Notes: generated by a model not told the origin, from the letters alone. Positions 20,679 through 30,254 are shown, numbered from the stretch's first letter. The stretch is 64,000 nucleotides of DNA from Hyphomicrobiales bacterium (GCA_021775615.1 JAJFHL010000308.1:298-64297), one strand, 5' to 3'. Program-made: numbers and translations.

Positions 20679-23600
20679 CTAGCGGGCGCCCTCGCCCACG
20701 ACCATGAACGGCGCCCAGTAGGCGGGATGCGATTTCTGCGGATCGCCGCTCTCGATCAGCGTCAGCATGGACCGGCGCAACGCTTCGGCGCGGCCAATTT
20801 CCGGGTTGGCTTCGAGCTGGGCGAAGGTCTGCGTTGTCAGTTCCACCGCTGCCTGCGAATTGACCGGCCAGTGCGAGACGAGCAGTGAACGAGCCCCGGC
20901 ATAGAAGAAGGCGCGCGCCAGTCCGGAGAGTGCTTCCGCATTGCCGTTTTCGCCGGCCGCCGTGTTGCAGGCCGATAGAACCACCCAGTCCGCATCGAGC
21001 TTGAGCTGGGCAACCTCCGACGCGGTGAGCAGTCCGTCATCGTCTTTGCTCGCCTCGTCAGGCGGGGTGAGAACCAGGGCGGGCTCCGCCAGCCCGTTCA
21101 GTTCGCCGGTGACAAGCCCGTGTGTGGCGAAATGGACGACACGGTAATTCGACAGGTTGTCCGCTTCATTCATTGCCTTGATCGCCGCCTCGGTCGCATT
21201 GGCGCCAAGCAGTATCTCGCTCTGCGGCGCTCCGAGACTGCGAGCGACACCACACAACTCGCCCGTGGTTTCGGGAAGTGGTGACAGATGCCGGACCTTT
21301 TCGGCATCCGCCTCAACACCGCGAAAATAGCTGGCGATCGTCTCGGCTCCGCCACCGCTTGCGATGTGGAAGCGTCCGTCCCAGTCAGCACAGCTCTTTA
21401 CCCGGAAGGCGCTGTCGTCTGACCCGCTTGCACCCTTGAGCAGCGGATTGCCGAACCCGATGAAGGGGTGTTCGGCATTGCTGGCCTTGGCGTTCCGCCG
21501 CAATGCGGCAAGCGAAGCCACAGAGGGCAATACGGTGATCGCGTGATCACGCACCAACCATGCCGCGTCGGCGATGCCGCCTGTCTGGTCACCGTCAGGG
21601 CCAGGTGCCTCGCTCACCAGAACCTGCCACGGCAGTGACGTGAGCGGCCCCGAAGGTACGATGATCAACTCCTTGCCCTTTATGATGCTCTCGACCGGAC
21701 CCAACAGCTGTGCATAGAGATCGAAGGCCGCTGCGAACAGGCCGACATCATCGCCGGCTGAGCTGATCGCTCCTCTTGTCCGGTCAATTCCGAACCCGCT
21801 GCGCAAGACGCGTATTTTCTCCGCAAGCGCCTTTGAACCTGCAGGTATGCGAGCCCATTTGATGCCGCTCCTGGACAACGCCCAGACAAAACTCTCCTCC
21901 GGTACCGGGCCGGTCTCCTGCACATCGAGAAAGAACACCAGCGCCTCGTTGCCGCCCAGGAGTTTCTGAGCCGTTGCCAGCGCGAGCGGCTCCGGATTGG
22001 TGAGCGTGGAATAGTCGCGAAAATCCGTTGCAAGCGTGCGGTCGATGGCTGCGGCGCGATTGTTGAATTCGGACATTTTCAATTGCAAGGCCGCAACAAG
22101 ATTCCTATCACGCTCGCCGACCGGCTTGGAAATTGCGGCAATCAGCTGCTGGTGTGCCGTTTTCCAATTGCTGGCGAGGTCCTGTCGTTCGCGCACCAGA
22201 TCACTTAGCGACGATTTGTCGGCCTGCAGCCGCGTTGCCATTTGGGCAAGAGCCCGCGCGGCACGCGATGCCTGTGCACGCTGTGCCAGCCTGAACGCTT
22301 CGTCCCTCAAACCATCACGTTCGTCCGTATCGGCATCAGCGAGGTGCTTGAGCACACGTACCGATCCGTGAAAAGCTTGGCGCATCGACGCTGCAGCGGA
22401 CGGGCCTTCGGCGGAAAGTGGGTTTGAGTGAGCATCTCCGAGGGTCGCATCCTCAGCGATCAGGACTTCGGCTGCGCGCCGGAAATGTATAAGGGCCGCC
22501 GCCCAGCGTTTGCGAAAAAGTTGGTTGTAAGCCAGATTGTTCAGGCTGTTCGCGAGCCCCGGGTCGGTCTCGCCGAGAACATTTTCCCATATGGCAAGGG
22601 CGCGCTTCAACAAGTCCCCGGCCTTTTCACGGTGGCCTTGATCGCCGTAAACAAGTGCAAGATTGTTCAGAACCTGTGCAACATTCGGGCTGTCCGGACC
22701 GTAGGTTGTTTCGACCGCGCTAATCGCACGCTGCAGGAGTGATTCCGCCTCGGCAAGACGTTTCCGCTGACGATAGAGTTCGGCGAGGCTAATCAGACCA
22801 CTGACCATGTCCTCTGGAGCCTTTGCTTCGTAGATGGCTAGGGACTGCTTGAACATCGACTCCGCGTCCCGATAGCGGAGCTGCGCCCAGTAAGCCACGG
22901 CCAGTTCGTGGATGCTTGCGGCAACGGCGAGGTGGTTGGAGCCCTCCGACGCCTTGAGGATCTCGACGACACGCTCGAGCATAGCCGTGGAGACTTCATG
23001 CTTTCCCTGCCGCCGGTAAATTTTGGCCATGTCGATGAGGATCACTCCCACCCTCTGGTCTTCGGCGCCAACCGATTCCTCCAGAATTCCAAGAGCTTGT
23101 CTGAGCAGAGGCTCCGCCTCCGCGAACCTTCCTTGTTCATTGTAGAACAGGGCGAGGTTGCGAAGTGTCCTCGCGACCTCCACATGGCGCTTCCCGGATG
23201 CATCTTCCCGCGCCGTCACGGCATATCGATAGAACTGCTCGGCCTCACGCTTACGGTTTTGGCCACGGTAGATGTTCGCGAGTATGCTCACTGCGACTGC
23301 CAGTTCATGCTTGTTCGGCCCGGTAGCGTTTTCCCAGGTCGTGACGGCACGCTTCTGAACCCGCGCTGCCTTGTCGTCCGCCTTCTGCATGTAATAGACG
23401 TAGGCCAGGTCCTCGAGACTCCGCGCGAGGTCGGGATGCGGCTCGGAATAAACGAGTTCGTGAATTTCCAGTATGCGTTCAAGCAGCGGTTCAGCCTGGT
23501 GGTATTGACGCCTGGTGATGTAGATGTCGCCGAGCGCGTCTAGTGTCGCCGCGACCAACCTATTGTTCTTGCCGAGCGCCTTCTCGCGGATCGAAAGCAT

Positions 23601-23915
23601 ACGCTTGAGCAGTAGGATTGCCTCACGCTGATCGCCGTAACTAAGCAACAGCTCGACAACCACACCAAGCGCGTCCGCATAATCCGTGTGTTCCGTTCCC
23701 AATAGGGTGCCGACCAGATCGGCATGGCGTCTGGCCAGCGGCAGGGCATCTGAAATCCGGCCCTGTTCACGCAGGTCAGCTATTTGTTCGGACAGGGCAA
23801 CTGTTTCTTCAGCCTGCCGTTGCGTGAAGAACTCGGCCGCAATCCACAGAAGAGCCGCTGCAACAGGCAAAATGAGAAATGCCAAAAACCTGTGTGATGC
23901 GAGAAAATCAATCAT
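20679..23915 (-). CDS. TPR-repeat CHAT-domain (caspase-like) protease
   Basis: N-terminal hydrophobic segment; about 10 kinesin-light-chain-type TPRs; CHAT motifs IVPSGPLTSLPW, HFATHG, VVLSACNT, FFYAGARSLLVSHW and HPAYWAPF. Confidence 0.93.
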   Translation of the reverse strand: MIDFLASHRFLAFLILPVAAALLWIAAEFFTQRQAEETVALSEQIADLREQGRISDALPLARRHADLVGTLLGTEHTDYADALGVVVELLLSYGDQREAILLLKRMLSIREKALGKNNRLVAATLDALGDIYITRRQYHQAEPLLERILEIHELVYSEPHPDLARSLEDLAYVYYMQKADDKAARVQKRAVTTWENATGPNKHELAVAVSILANIYRGQNRKREAEQFYRYAVTAREDASGKRHVEVARTLRNLALFYNEQGRFAEAEPLLRQALGILEESVGAEDQRVGVILIDMAKIYRRQGKHEVSTAMLERVVEILKASEGSNHLAVAASIHELAVAYWAQLRYRDAESMFKQSLAIYEAKAPEDMVSGLISLAELYRQRKRLAEAESLLQRAISAVETTYGPDSPNVAQVLNNLALVYGDQGHREKAGDLLKRALAIWENVLGETDPGLANSLNNLAYNQLFRKRWAAALIHFRRAAEVLIAEDATLGDAHSNPLSAEGPSAAASMRQAFHGSVRVLKHLADADTDERDGLRDEAFRLAQRAQASRAARALAQMATRLQADKSSLSDLVRERQDLASNWKTAHQQLIAAISKPVGERDRNLVAALQLKMSEFNNRAAAIDRTLATDFRDYSTLTNPEPLALATAQKLLGGNEALVFFLDVQETGPVPEESFVWALSRSGIKWARIPAGSKALAEKIRVLRSGFGIDRTRGAISSAGDDVGLFAAAFDLYAQLLGPVESIIKGKELIIVPSGPLTSLPWQVLVSEAPGPDGDQTGGIADAAWLVRDHAITVLPSVASLAALRRNAKASNAEHPFIGFGNPLLKGASGSDDSAFRVKSCADWDGRFHIASGGGAETIASYFRGVEADAEKVRHLSPLPETTGELCGVARSLGAPQSEILLGANATEAAIKAMNEADNLSNYRVVHFATHGLVTGELNGLAEPALVLTPPDEASKDDDGLLTASEVAQLKLDADWVVLSACNTAAGENGNAEALSGLARAFFYAGARSLLVSHWPVNSQAAVELTTQTFAQLEANPEIGRAEALRRSMLTLIESGDPQKSHPAYWAPFMVVGEGAR

Positions 23916-24048
23916 TGTCCGGAACTTAGAAACGCCCGAACTCTACTGCCGCCGGCGGCCCGGGACAACGGGGCCACGACATTTGTAACAATTGGTCAAG
24001 CCAGATTTGCGTGAGATCAAGAGCGGTTTACGTTTGCGCGGAACTGCT

Positions 24049-25869
24049 CTAAGCCTCGAATTGCAGCTCCGCCAGGCGCGCATAGAGCCCGCCCTGCTGC
24101 ATCAGCTCGTCGTGGCTGCCCTGCGCCACCACCTTGCCTGCATCCAGCACCACGATGCGGTCGGCGTTGCGCACGGTGGCGAGACGGTGGGCGATGACCA
24201 GGGTCGTGCGGCCCTGCATCAGGTGCTCCAGCGCCTGCTGCACCAGCTTCTCCGATTCCGCGTCGAGCGCGCTGGTGGCTTCGTCAAGCAGGAGGACCGG
24301 CGCGTCTTTCAGAAGCGCCCTTGCCACCGCGAGACGCTGGCGCTGTCCGCCCGACAGGGCGATGCCGCGCTCGCCGAAGACCGTCTCGTAACCCTTTGGC
24401 GTGCCGGAGATAAAGTCGTGGGCCAGCGCCGCCCTGGCGGCGGCCTCGACCTCGTCGTCGCTCGCCTCGGGGCGGCCATAGCGGATGTTCTCCTTGGCCG
24501 ACATGGAAAAGATCACCGTGTCCTGCGGCACCAGGGCAACGAGGCCGCGCACCACGTTTGGATCGGCGACCGCCACATCCACCCCATCGAGCCGCACCGA
24601 GCCGCCACGTGGATCGTAGAACCTGAGCAACAGGTTGAAGATGGTGCTCTTGCCGGCGCCCGACGGGCCGACAATGGCCACGGTCTCACCGGGCGCCACC
24701 GCGAAGGACACATCGTTGATCGCGGCAAAGTCGGGCCGGGTGGGATAGGAGAACATGACGTTCTCAAACCTGATCTCACCGCGCGCCGGTTCGGGGATCG
24801 GCTGCGGATTGTCGACCACTTTGATATCGGGCTCGATCGAGAGCAGTTCAGACAGGCGCTCCGCCGCGCCCGCGGCCGCCTGCACCTGCCCCCAGACTTC
24901 CGACAGCGCCCCCATGGCGCCGGCCGCAAAGGCGGCGTACAGGACGAACTGGGAAAGCTCTCCGGCGCTCAACCTGCCGTCGAGCACATCCCTGGCGCCA
25001 TACCACAGCACCGCGACCACGCTGGAGAAGGTGATGAAGATGATACAGGCAGTGAGCAGCGCCCGGGCGCGGGCACGCTGGCGCGCCGTATCGAACGCCG
25101 TGCCGGTGACCCGCGAGAACGTCTCCTGATCGCGGAACTGGCGCACGAAGGCCTGCACGGTCTGGATCGCGGTGAGCCGTTCGGTCGCAAAGGCGGCGGT
25201 GTCGGCAAGAGTGTCCTGGGCCTTGCGGGAAAGACGCCTGACCCAGCGTCCAAACACCACAAGCGGCAGCACGATGAACGGCAGGGCAAGGAGCACCAGC
25301 CCACTCAGTTTGAGGCTGGTCACCACCATCATGACAACCGCGCCGATGAACAGCACCATGTTGCGCAGGGCGACCGACGCAGTGGAACCGAAAGCCTCCT
25401 TGATCTGCGTCGTGTCGGCGGTCAGCCGCGACAGCACTTCGCCGACCGGCGTCACTTCGTAAAAGCTGAGGCTCAGTTCGGTGAGTTTGCGGAACACTGC
25501 ATCGCGCAGATCCGCCACCACACGCTCGCCGATCCAGGTGACGAAATAGAACCGGGACGCGCTTGCCACCGCAAGCACCAGGGCCACCACGATCAGCATG
25601 CCGAAATACTGGTCGATGAAGAGGGCGTTCTCCCGGCTGAAACCGTTGTCGATCATGCGCCGTATGGCCAGCGGCACCACAAGTGTCGCCGAAGCCGCTG
25701 CCATGAGCGCCACCAGGGCGGCAAGAATTCGTCCCCGGTAGGGCGCGAGGAACGGCACGATCCTGCGCAGCGGCTGCAGGGTGGTCGCCCGCGCCGCCGC
25801 GGTATCGGTCTGCCCGTCTGTCGAGCTGGATTGCGCTGGTCGTGCGCTATGGTGAACGTCTTCCGACAC
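24049..25869 (-). CDS. ABC exporter, fused permease/ATPase (MsbA-related)
   Basis: Six-TM domain, [16 protein letters not shown] and [11 protein letters not shown] motifs. Confidence 0.95.
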   Translation of the reverse strand: MSEDVHHSARPAQSSSTDGQTDTAAARATTLQPLRRIVPFLAPYRGRILAALVALMAAASATLVVPLAIRRMIDNGFSRENALFIDQYFGMLIVVALVLAVASASRFYFVTWIGERVVADLRDAVFRKLTELSLSFYEVTPVGEVLSRLTADTTQIKEAFGSTASVALRNMVLFIGAVVMMVVTSLKLSGLVLLALPFIVLPLVVFGRWVRRLSRKAQDTLADTAAFATERLTAIQTVQAFVRQFRDQETFSRVTGTAFDTARQRARARALLTACIIFITFSSVVAVLWYGARDVLDGRLSAGELSQFVLYAAFAAGAMGALSEVWGQVQAAAGAAERLSELLSIEPDIKVVDNPQPIPEPARGEIRFENVMFSYPTRPDFAAINDVSFAVAPGETVAIVGPSGAGKSTIFNLLLRFYDPRGGSVRLDGVDVAVADPNVVRGLVALVPQDTVIFSMSAKENIRYGRPEASDDEVEAAARAALAHDFISGTPKGYETVFGERGIALSGGQRQRLAVARALLKDAPVLLLDEATSALDAESEKLVQQALEHLMQGRTTLVIAHRLATVRNADRIVVLDAGKVVAQGSHDELMQQGGLYARLAELQFEA

Positions 25870-26116
25870 TTAACGTGGTTCCATCCCGGCGTTGACGTGT
25901 TATCTGCGCCATCTTGATGGACCAAATGTGTCAACCCGGCAAGCAATGTCACGTGACGGAGTTACCGTGGGGCAGAGTTACGGTGTGACTGAGTTACCAT
26001 GGCAATGATCGCGCTTGCATCACAATCGCGGCTTGAGTATACCCTGCCTCCGAACAGAGCGCTCCACCGCCGGTGTGACGCGCCATATGCCTGTTGATAC
26101 ACTGCGAGGATCAGAG

Positions 26117-26338
26117 ATGAAAAAAAACACTCATCCTGACTACCACACCATCACGGTCGTGATGACCGATGGCACCACCTACGAGACCCGCTCGACCTGG
26201 GGCTCGGAAGGCGATTCGATGACCCTGGACATCGATCCCAAGACGCACCCCGCCTGGACCGGCGGCGGACAGCATCTGATCGACCGCGGTGGGCGGCTGT
26301 CGAAGTTCAAGAAGAAATACGAAGGCTTTCTCGGCTAG
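26117..26338 (+). CDS. rpmE: 50S ribosomal protein L31
   Basis: [10 protein letters not shown]...[14 protein letters not shown]; start reassigned to the ATG at 26117. Confidence 0.97.
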   Translation: MKKNTHPDYHTITVVMTDGTTYETRSTWGSEGDSMTLDIDPKTHPAWTGGGQHLIDRGGRLSKFKKKYEGFLG

Positions 26339-26706
26339 ATCGTTTCACGTTCACACGGAAACGTTTGATGGCGCCAAATCGGTTCGTCCGGTAAGAGCAG
26401 CCTGCGTCCGGTTGGACGCAGACAAGCTGCTCGTGCTTAGTAAAATAGATCAAATACTCTGCGCTTAACCGGGATCGGTTAAGCGCAGTTTGATCTATGC
26501 GCGGTGCGCAGCGCGATGTGGTGCATCGGGCAAGCGCCGCAACGTGGCTGGAGGACCGATTTGGCCCACCGAAGGCCGCGATTTCGCGCCTTCTGGACTG
26601 CGTTACGGCCCCCTTGTGGACGGCAAGTCCACGGCGGGAACCGTGCCTCGCCAGTAGACGCGAAGTCCCGGTCAAAGCGATTCCGTGTGAACGTGAAGCG
26701 ATCTAG
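26335..26706. mobile_element. Non-autonomous MITE with ~34-bp terminal inverted repeats, containing a nested palindromic element
   Basis: Left end ctagatcgtttcacgttcacacggaaacgtttga; reverse complement of right end ctagatcgcttcacgttcacacggaatcgctttga; CTAG at both ends; no credible ORF. Confidence 0.85.
26392..26497. repeat. ~106-bp two-hairpin palindromic element nested in the MITE
   Basis: TA...TA ends. Hairpin 1 is gagcagc-ctgcgtcc-ggtt-ggacgcag..gctgctc, then an AT-rich spacer, then hairpin 2 tagatcaaa..ctgcgcttaaccg-ggat-cggttaagcgcag-tttgatcta. Confidence 0.75.
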
Positions 26707-26749
26707 ACCCTCTGGTCTTTCTGCCGAATAGAGCGGGCCCAGCGCCGAT

Positions 26750-27301
26750 TCAGTCCGAACCAGCGCCGCCAAACGCCGCCTGCAGCCGCGACACCTGGTC
26801 CGAGACCGGGTTGGAAGCGGCTGTTTCCGCCTGAGCCGGGCCGTTGCGCAGCATGTCATCGAGATGAATGATACGCCTGTAGAGCGCAAAGCTTCGCGCA
26901 ATCAGGTCGCTTAGCGCGACCGGCAGACTGTCGGACCCTTCGGTTTCCGACTGGGCGCCGACGTCCTTGAGATTGATCCGGTACTTTTCCTTTTGCGCCT
27001 CGTTCGCCGTCAGCTCGCCGTCCTTGACCGCGCGCTGCAGCAACAACCAGGACGCAAGCTGCATCAGGCGCGTGGTGAGCCGCATGCTCTCCGTCGCATA
27101 CGCCATCGCGCTCATGCGTGCCAGCTGGCGTGAATCCGCCCTGCCCGGCCCGTCAAGATATGACGCGGTCTCCTCGACCAGGTCCATACCTTCACGAAAG
27201 ATTTTGTTGAACAGCTCCGACTCTGCGAACCGCGATCCAAAATCGACCGTGACCTCCGGTTCCAAAGAGTTTTCGTTTGTTTTATTTGACTCAGACATCA
27301 C
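26750..27301 (-). CDS. rcdA: Regulator of CtrA degradation RcdA (DUF1465)
   Basis: FREGMDLVEETASYLDGPGR, YATESMRLTTRLMQLASWLLLQRAV and C-terminal NPV..Q..RL..AFG motifs. Confidence 0.92.
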   Translation of the reverse strand: MMSESNKTNENSLEPEVTVDFGSRFAESELFNKIFREGMDLVEETASYLDGPGRADSRQLARMSAMAYATESMRLTTRLMQLASWLLLQRAVKDGELTANEAQKEKYRINLKDVGAQSETEGSDSLPVALSDLIARSFALYRRIIHLDDMLRNGPAQAETAASNPVSDQVSRLQAAFGGAGSD

Positions 27302-27419
27302 TCACCCAAACCCGACAGAACCACTCGACACCAACTCCAGCACAAGGAGCGCGGCAAAGCAAACAATCACGCCACCGGTGCGAAAACCGTACCGCAACGG
27401 GACGTTTGCACATACACGC

Positions 27420-27436
27420 AGCAAACCCGGTGCCAA
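27420..27436 (-). promoter_or_regulatory. Sigma-54 (-24/-12) promoter upstream of rcdA
   Basis: Minus strand reads TTGGCACCGGGTTTGCT, an exact match to TGGCAC-N5-TTGC, about 120 nt upstream of rcdA and in the same orientation. Confidence 0.7.
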
Positions 27437-27518
27437 CCCGCCCGAGCGGCGAATATGACACAGCAGAGTATCGGACCGTGTGATTAAAATATGGAAAATG
27501 CCGGCGCGGCGCCAATCA

Positions 27519-27621
27519 CAAAAAAAAGGGCCGCGGGGGGCGCGGCCCTAAAGTTTTAACAGGGAGGCGTCAAACAGAGTGGACAGGAGCCACTCAGAAA
27601 ATCCAGATGACTGGATTACGC
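27519..27621 (-). ncRNA. Putative trans-acting small RNA (~100 nt)
   Basis: Minus strand has hairpins AATCCAG-TCAT-CTGGATT and GAGTGG-CTCCTGT-CCACTC, an unpaired GCCTCCCTG, and terminator AGGGCCGCG-CCCC-CGCGGCCCT followed by a T run. A TATCTT -10-like hexamer lies at 27633-27628. Confidence 0.72.
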
Positions 27622-27645
27622 ATGGTTAAGATAACGAAAAAATTC

Positions 27646-27661
27646 CTAACGAAAAGTTAAC
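27646..27661. promoter_or_regulatory. CtrA-like box (CTAA-N7-TTAAC)
   Basis: ctaacgaaaagttaac, one mismatch to consensus, at the -35 region of the putative sRNA. Confidence 0.55.
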
Positions 27662-27770
27662 GAGTGCCCAAAACAGGGCAAAACTGCTCACAAACTGTTA
27701 AAAAATGTGTCTCGTTTCGCGACAAAACCACGTAGAGTCAGTGACTTAGCGTAAACAAGAATTTACTCCG

Positions 27771-27962
27771 CTAATTGCGAAAAAAAGCGTCTGCATCGTT
27801 CTTCACGCGGTGTTTTTCGTCAATCATTTGACGCAATCTTGCAATTTCCGATTCGTAAGCAGTGATTCGATCCTGCAATTCCTCAATCGACAATGCATCG
27901 AGATCTTCGCCGACCGAATAGGCCGCAACAGCCTTTTTGACGTCTTCGTCGTCCAAATCCAT
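27771..27962 (-). CDS. DUF1192 family small protein
   Basis: VGEDLDALSIEELQDRI..ESEIARL...ADAFF signature. Confidence 0.85.
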   Translation of the reverse strand: MDLDDEDVKKAVAAYSVGEDLDALSIEELQDRITAYESEIARLRQMIDEKHRVKNDADAFFRN

Positions 27963-28076
27963 CTCATCCTCCCTGCCCGCTGGAGGCCAACGTTGCGCGT
28001 CTGCGGCAGTCGCGCTAGATCATGGCCTCATAAATAGCACACAACTGCACCTGCTCACAGGGCCCCAGGAGACCGC

Positions 28077-29075
28077 ATGTCCGAGACACTGCCAGAAGAA
28101 ATGACCGCTATTGAAATCTCGAGCCCGGGAGGTCCGGAGGTTTTAAAGCCGGTCACCATGCGCCGGCCCTATCCGGAGGAAGGCGAGCTCCTGATCAGGG
28201 TCGCCGGCGCCGGCGTCAACCGGCCCGACATGCTGCAACGCCAGGGCCTCTATCCGCCGCCGCCGGGCGCGCCGGAAACGCCGGGCCTTGAGATCTCCGG
28301 CACGGTGGTCGCCGCCGGCCGCGGCGTCACCAGGTTTTCCGAAGGTGACGACATCTGCGCCCTCGTTCCGGGCGGCGGTTATGCCGAATACTGCGTCGTC
28401 CATGAAGACAATGCACTCAATGCCCCGAAGGGCCTCAGCCTCGTCGAAGCCGGCGCCATCCCGGAAACCTTCTTCACGGTCTGGACCAATGTGTTTCAGC
28501 GGGCCGGCCTCAAGGCCGGTGAATCCCTGCTGGTGCACGGCGGCACCAGCGGTATCGGCACCACTGCAATCATGCTCGCCAAGGCCTTCGGCGCAACGGT
28601 CTACGCAACCGCAGGCTCCGACGCCAAATGCGAGGCCTGCACCGCGCTTGGTGCGGCCCGCGCCATAAACTACCTGACGGAGGACTATGTCGAGGTGGTC
28701 CGCGCCGAAACGTCCGGCGGCGTCAACGTCATCCTCGACATGGTCGGCGGCGACTATATCGAGCGCAACATGAAAGCCGCCGCCGTTGAAGGCCGCATTG
28801 TGTCCATTGCGTTCCTGAACGGTGCATCGGCGGAAGTGAATTTCATGCCGATGATGCTGAAACGGCTGACCCTGACCGGCTCGACCCTTCGGGCAAGAAG
28901 CGTCGGGCAGAAAGCCCTGATCGCCCGGGAACTGGAAGAGCAGGTCTGGCCGCTACTGGAAGCCGGCGACATCAAACCCGTGATCGACAGCCAGTTTCCG
29001 CTTGTTGAGGCGGCCCGCGCCCACGAACGTATGGAATCCAGCGAGCACATCGGCAAAATCGTCCTCACCTGTTAG
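28077..29075 (+). CDS. NAD(P)H quinone oxidoreductase, PIG3 family
   Basis: GVNRPD.LQRQG.YPPPPGA, HGGTSGIG and TGSTLR motifs. Confidence 0.95.
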   Translation: MSETLPEEMTAIEISSPGGPEVLKPVTMRRPYPEEGELLIRVAGAGVNRPDMLQRQGLYPPPPGAPETPGLEISGTVVAAGRGVTRFSEGDDICALVPGGGYAEYCVVHEDNALNAPKGLSLVEAGAIPETFFTVWTNVFQRAGLKAGESLLVHGGTSGIGTTAIMLAKAFGATVYATAGSDAKCEACTALGAARAINYLTEDYVEVVRAETSGGVNVILDMVGGDYIERNMKAAAVEGRIVSIAFLNGASAEVNFMPMMLKRLTLTGSTLRARSVGQKALIARELEEQVWPLLEAGDIKPVIDSQFPLVEAARAHERMESSEHIGKIVLTC

Positions 29076-29201
29076 CCCAAGTCGACAAAGTCAATTGCGG
29101 CGCTTGAAGATTCGAACTATATAACCTGTATTCCCCCTGAATTCAGGTTGATAGCGGGACTTGTGGCTCGATTCGAGATGCAAGCCGGAAGGTAAAGATT
29201 C

Positions 29202-30254
29202 ATGACCAGCGCACCCTTGATGCCGAAGGCGACAGCCGTTTGGCTTGTAGACAACACATCGCTCACATTCGAGCAGATCGCGGACTTCTGCCAGCTCCAC
29301 GAGCTGGAGGTAAAAGGCATCGCCGACGGTGATGTGGCGCAGGGCATTCGCGGTATGGACCCCATGGTCAACAGCCAGCTCAGCCGCGACGAACTGGAAA
29401 AGGCCGAAGCCGACCCGTCTTACCGGATGCAGATTGCCGAACCCAAGGTCGAGATCCCCGAGGTCAAGACCAAGCGCGGCCCGCGCTACACGCCGGTGTC
29501 GCGGCGCCAGGACCGTCCCGACGCCATTTCATGGCTGCTGCGCTATCATTCCGAACTGACCGATGGTCAGGTGATGAAACTGGTCGGAACCACCAAACCG
29601 ACGATCCAGGCAATCCGCGACCGCAGTCACTGGAACACGCCGAACATTACGCCGAAGGACCCGGTGACCCTGGGCCTGTGTTCGCAAAGCGATCTCGATG
29701 GAGCGGTCCAGAAGGCTGCTGACAAGCTCGAGCGCGAGCGCCTGAAAGAGCAGGCCGCGGCGATCAAGGCCGGCACGCTTCTGCCGACCAGCGAGACAAT
29801 CATCGCCGCACCTGTGCCCGATGAACCCAAGCACGCGACCATCATTCAGGCTCCAGTCGAGCAGCAGGAGAAGCGGCCCGATTTTGCCGATCTGCCTGCG
29901 TCCGCCAACCCGGAACACGATGAGCCGGCGGAACCGGTGTATTCCGCCGATTCGGTCTTCGCCAAGCTGAAGGACCTCGACCTGCCCGCAGACGGCGGCG
30001 AAGCAACCGGCGCCGAAACCGTAGAAAACGCTTTTGCGGAAATCCCGCAGGTGGCCGATGCTCCGGACACCGAAGACGCCGGGACGGAAAACGTTGCGAC
30101 GCAGGACGCCGGAACGGAAGACGTTGCGACGCAGGACGCCGGAACGGAAGACGTTGCGACGCAGGACGCCGGAGCGGAAGACGTTGCGACGGAAGACGTT
30201 GCGGCGCAGGACGTTGCGACGGAAGACGCCGAGGAAGAAACCAACCAGGCCTAA
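29202..30254 (+). CDS. trcR: DUF1013 cell-cycle transcriptional regulator TrcR with acidic repeat tail
   Basis: PLMPKATAVWLVDNTSLTFEQIA.FC.LH.LEV and RYTPVSRRQDRPDAI DUF1013 signature. Confidence 0.9.
   Translation: MTSAPLMPKATAVWLVDNTSLTFEQIADFCQLHELEVKGIADGDVAQGIRGMDPMVNSQLSRDELEKAEADPSYRMQIAEPKVEIPEVKTKRGPRYTPVSRRQDRPDAISWLLRYHSELTDGQVMKLVGTTKPTIQAIRDRSHWNTPNITPKDPVTLGLCSQSDLDGAVQKAADKLERERLKEQAAAIKAGTLLPTSETIIAAPVPDEPKHATIIQAPVEQQEKRPDFADLPASANPEHDEPAEPVYSADSVFAKLKDLDLPADGGEATGAETVENAFAEIPQVADAPDTEDAGTENVATQDAGTEDVATQDAGTEDVATQDAGAEDVATEDVAAQDVATEDAEEETNQA
30075..30239 (+). repeat. Coding tandem repeat, 11 x 15-bp units with a 30-bp higher-order period
   Basis: gacgccggaacggaa-gacgttgcgacgcag repeated, encoding DAGTE-DVATQ. 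Confidence 0.95.

Noticed and set aside
26307-26901. Short ORFs across the MITE as a possible transposase or small proteins
   Set aside because: No DDE or HUH motifs; the region is explained by inverted repeats and hairpins.
30075-30239. Periodic repeats as a possible CRISPR array
   Set aside because: No unique spacers, in-frame inside a CDS, and no cas genes; it is a coding minisatellite.
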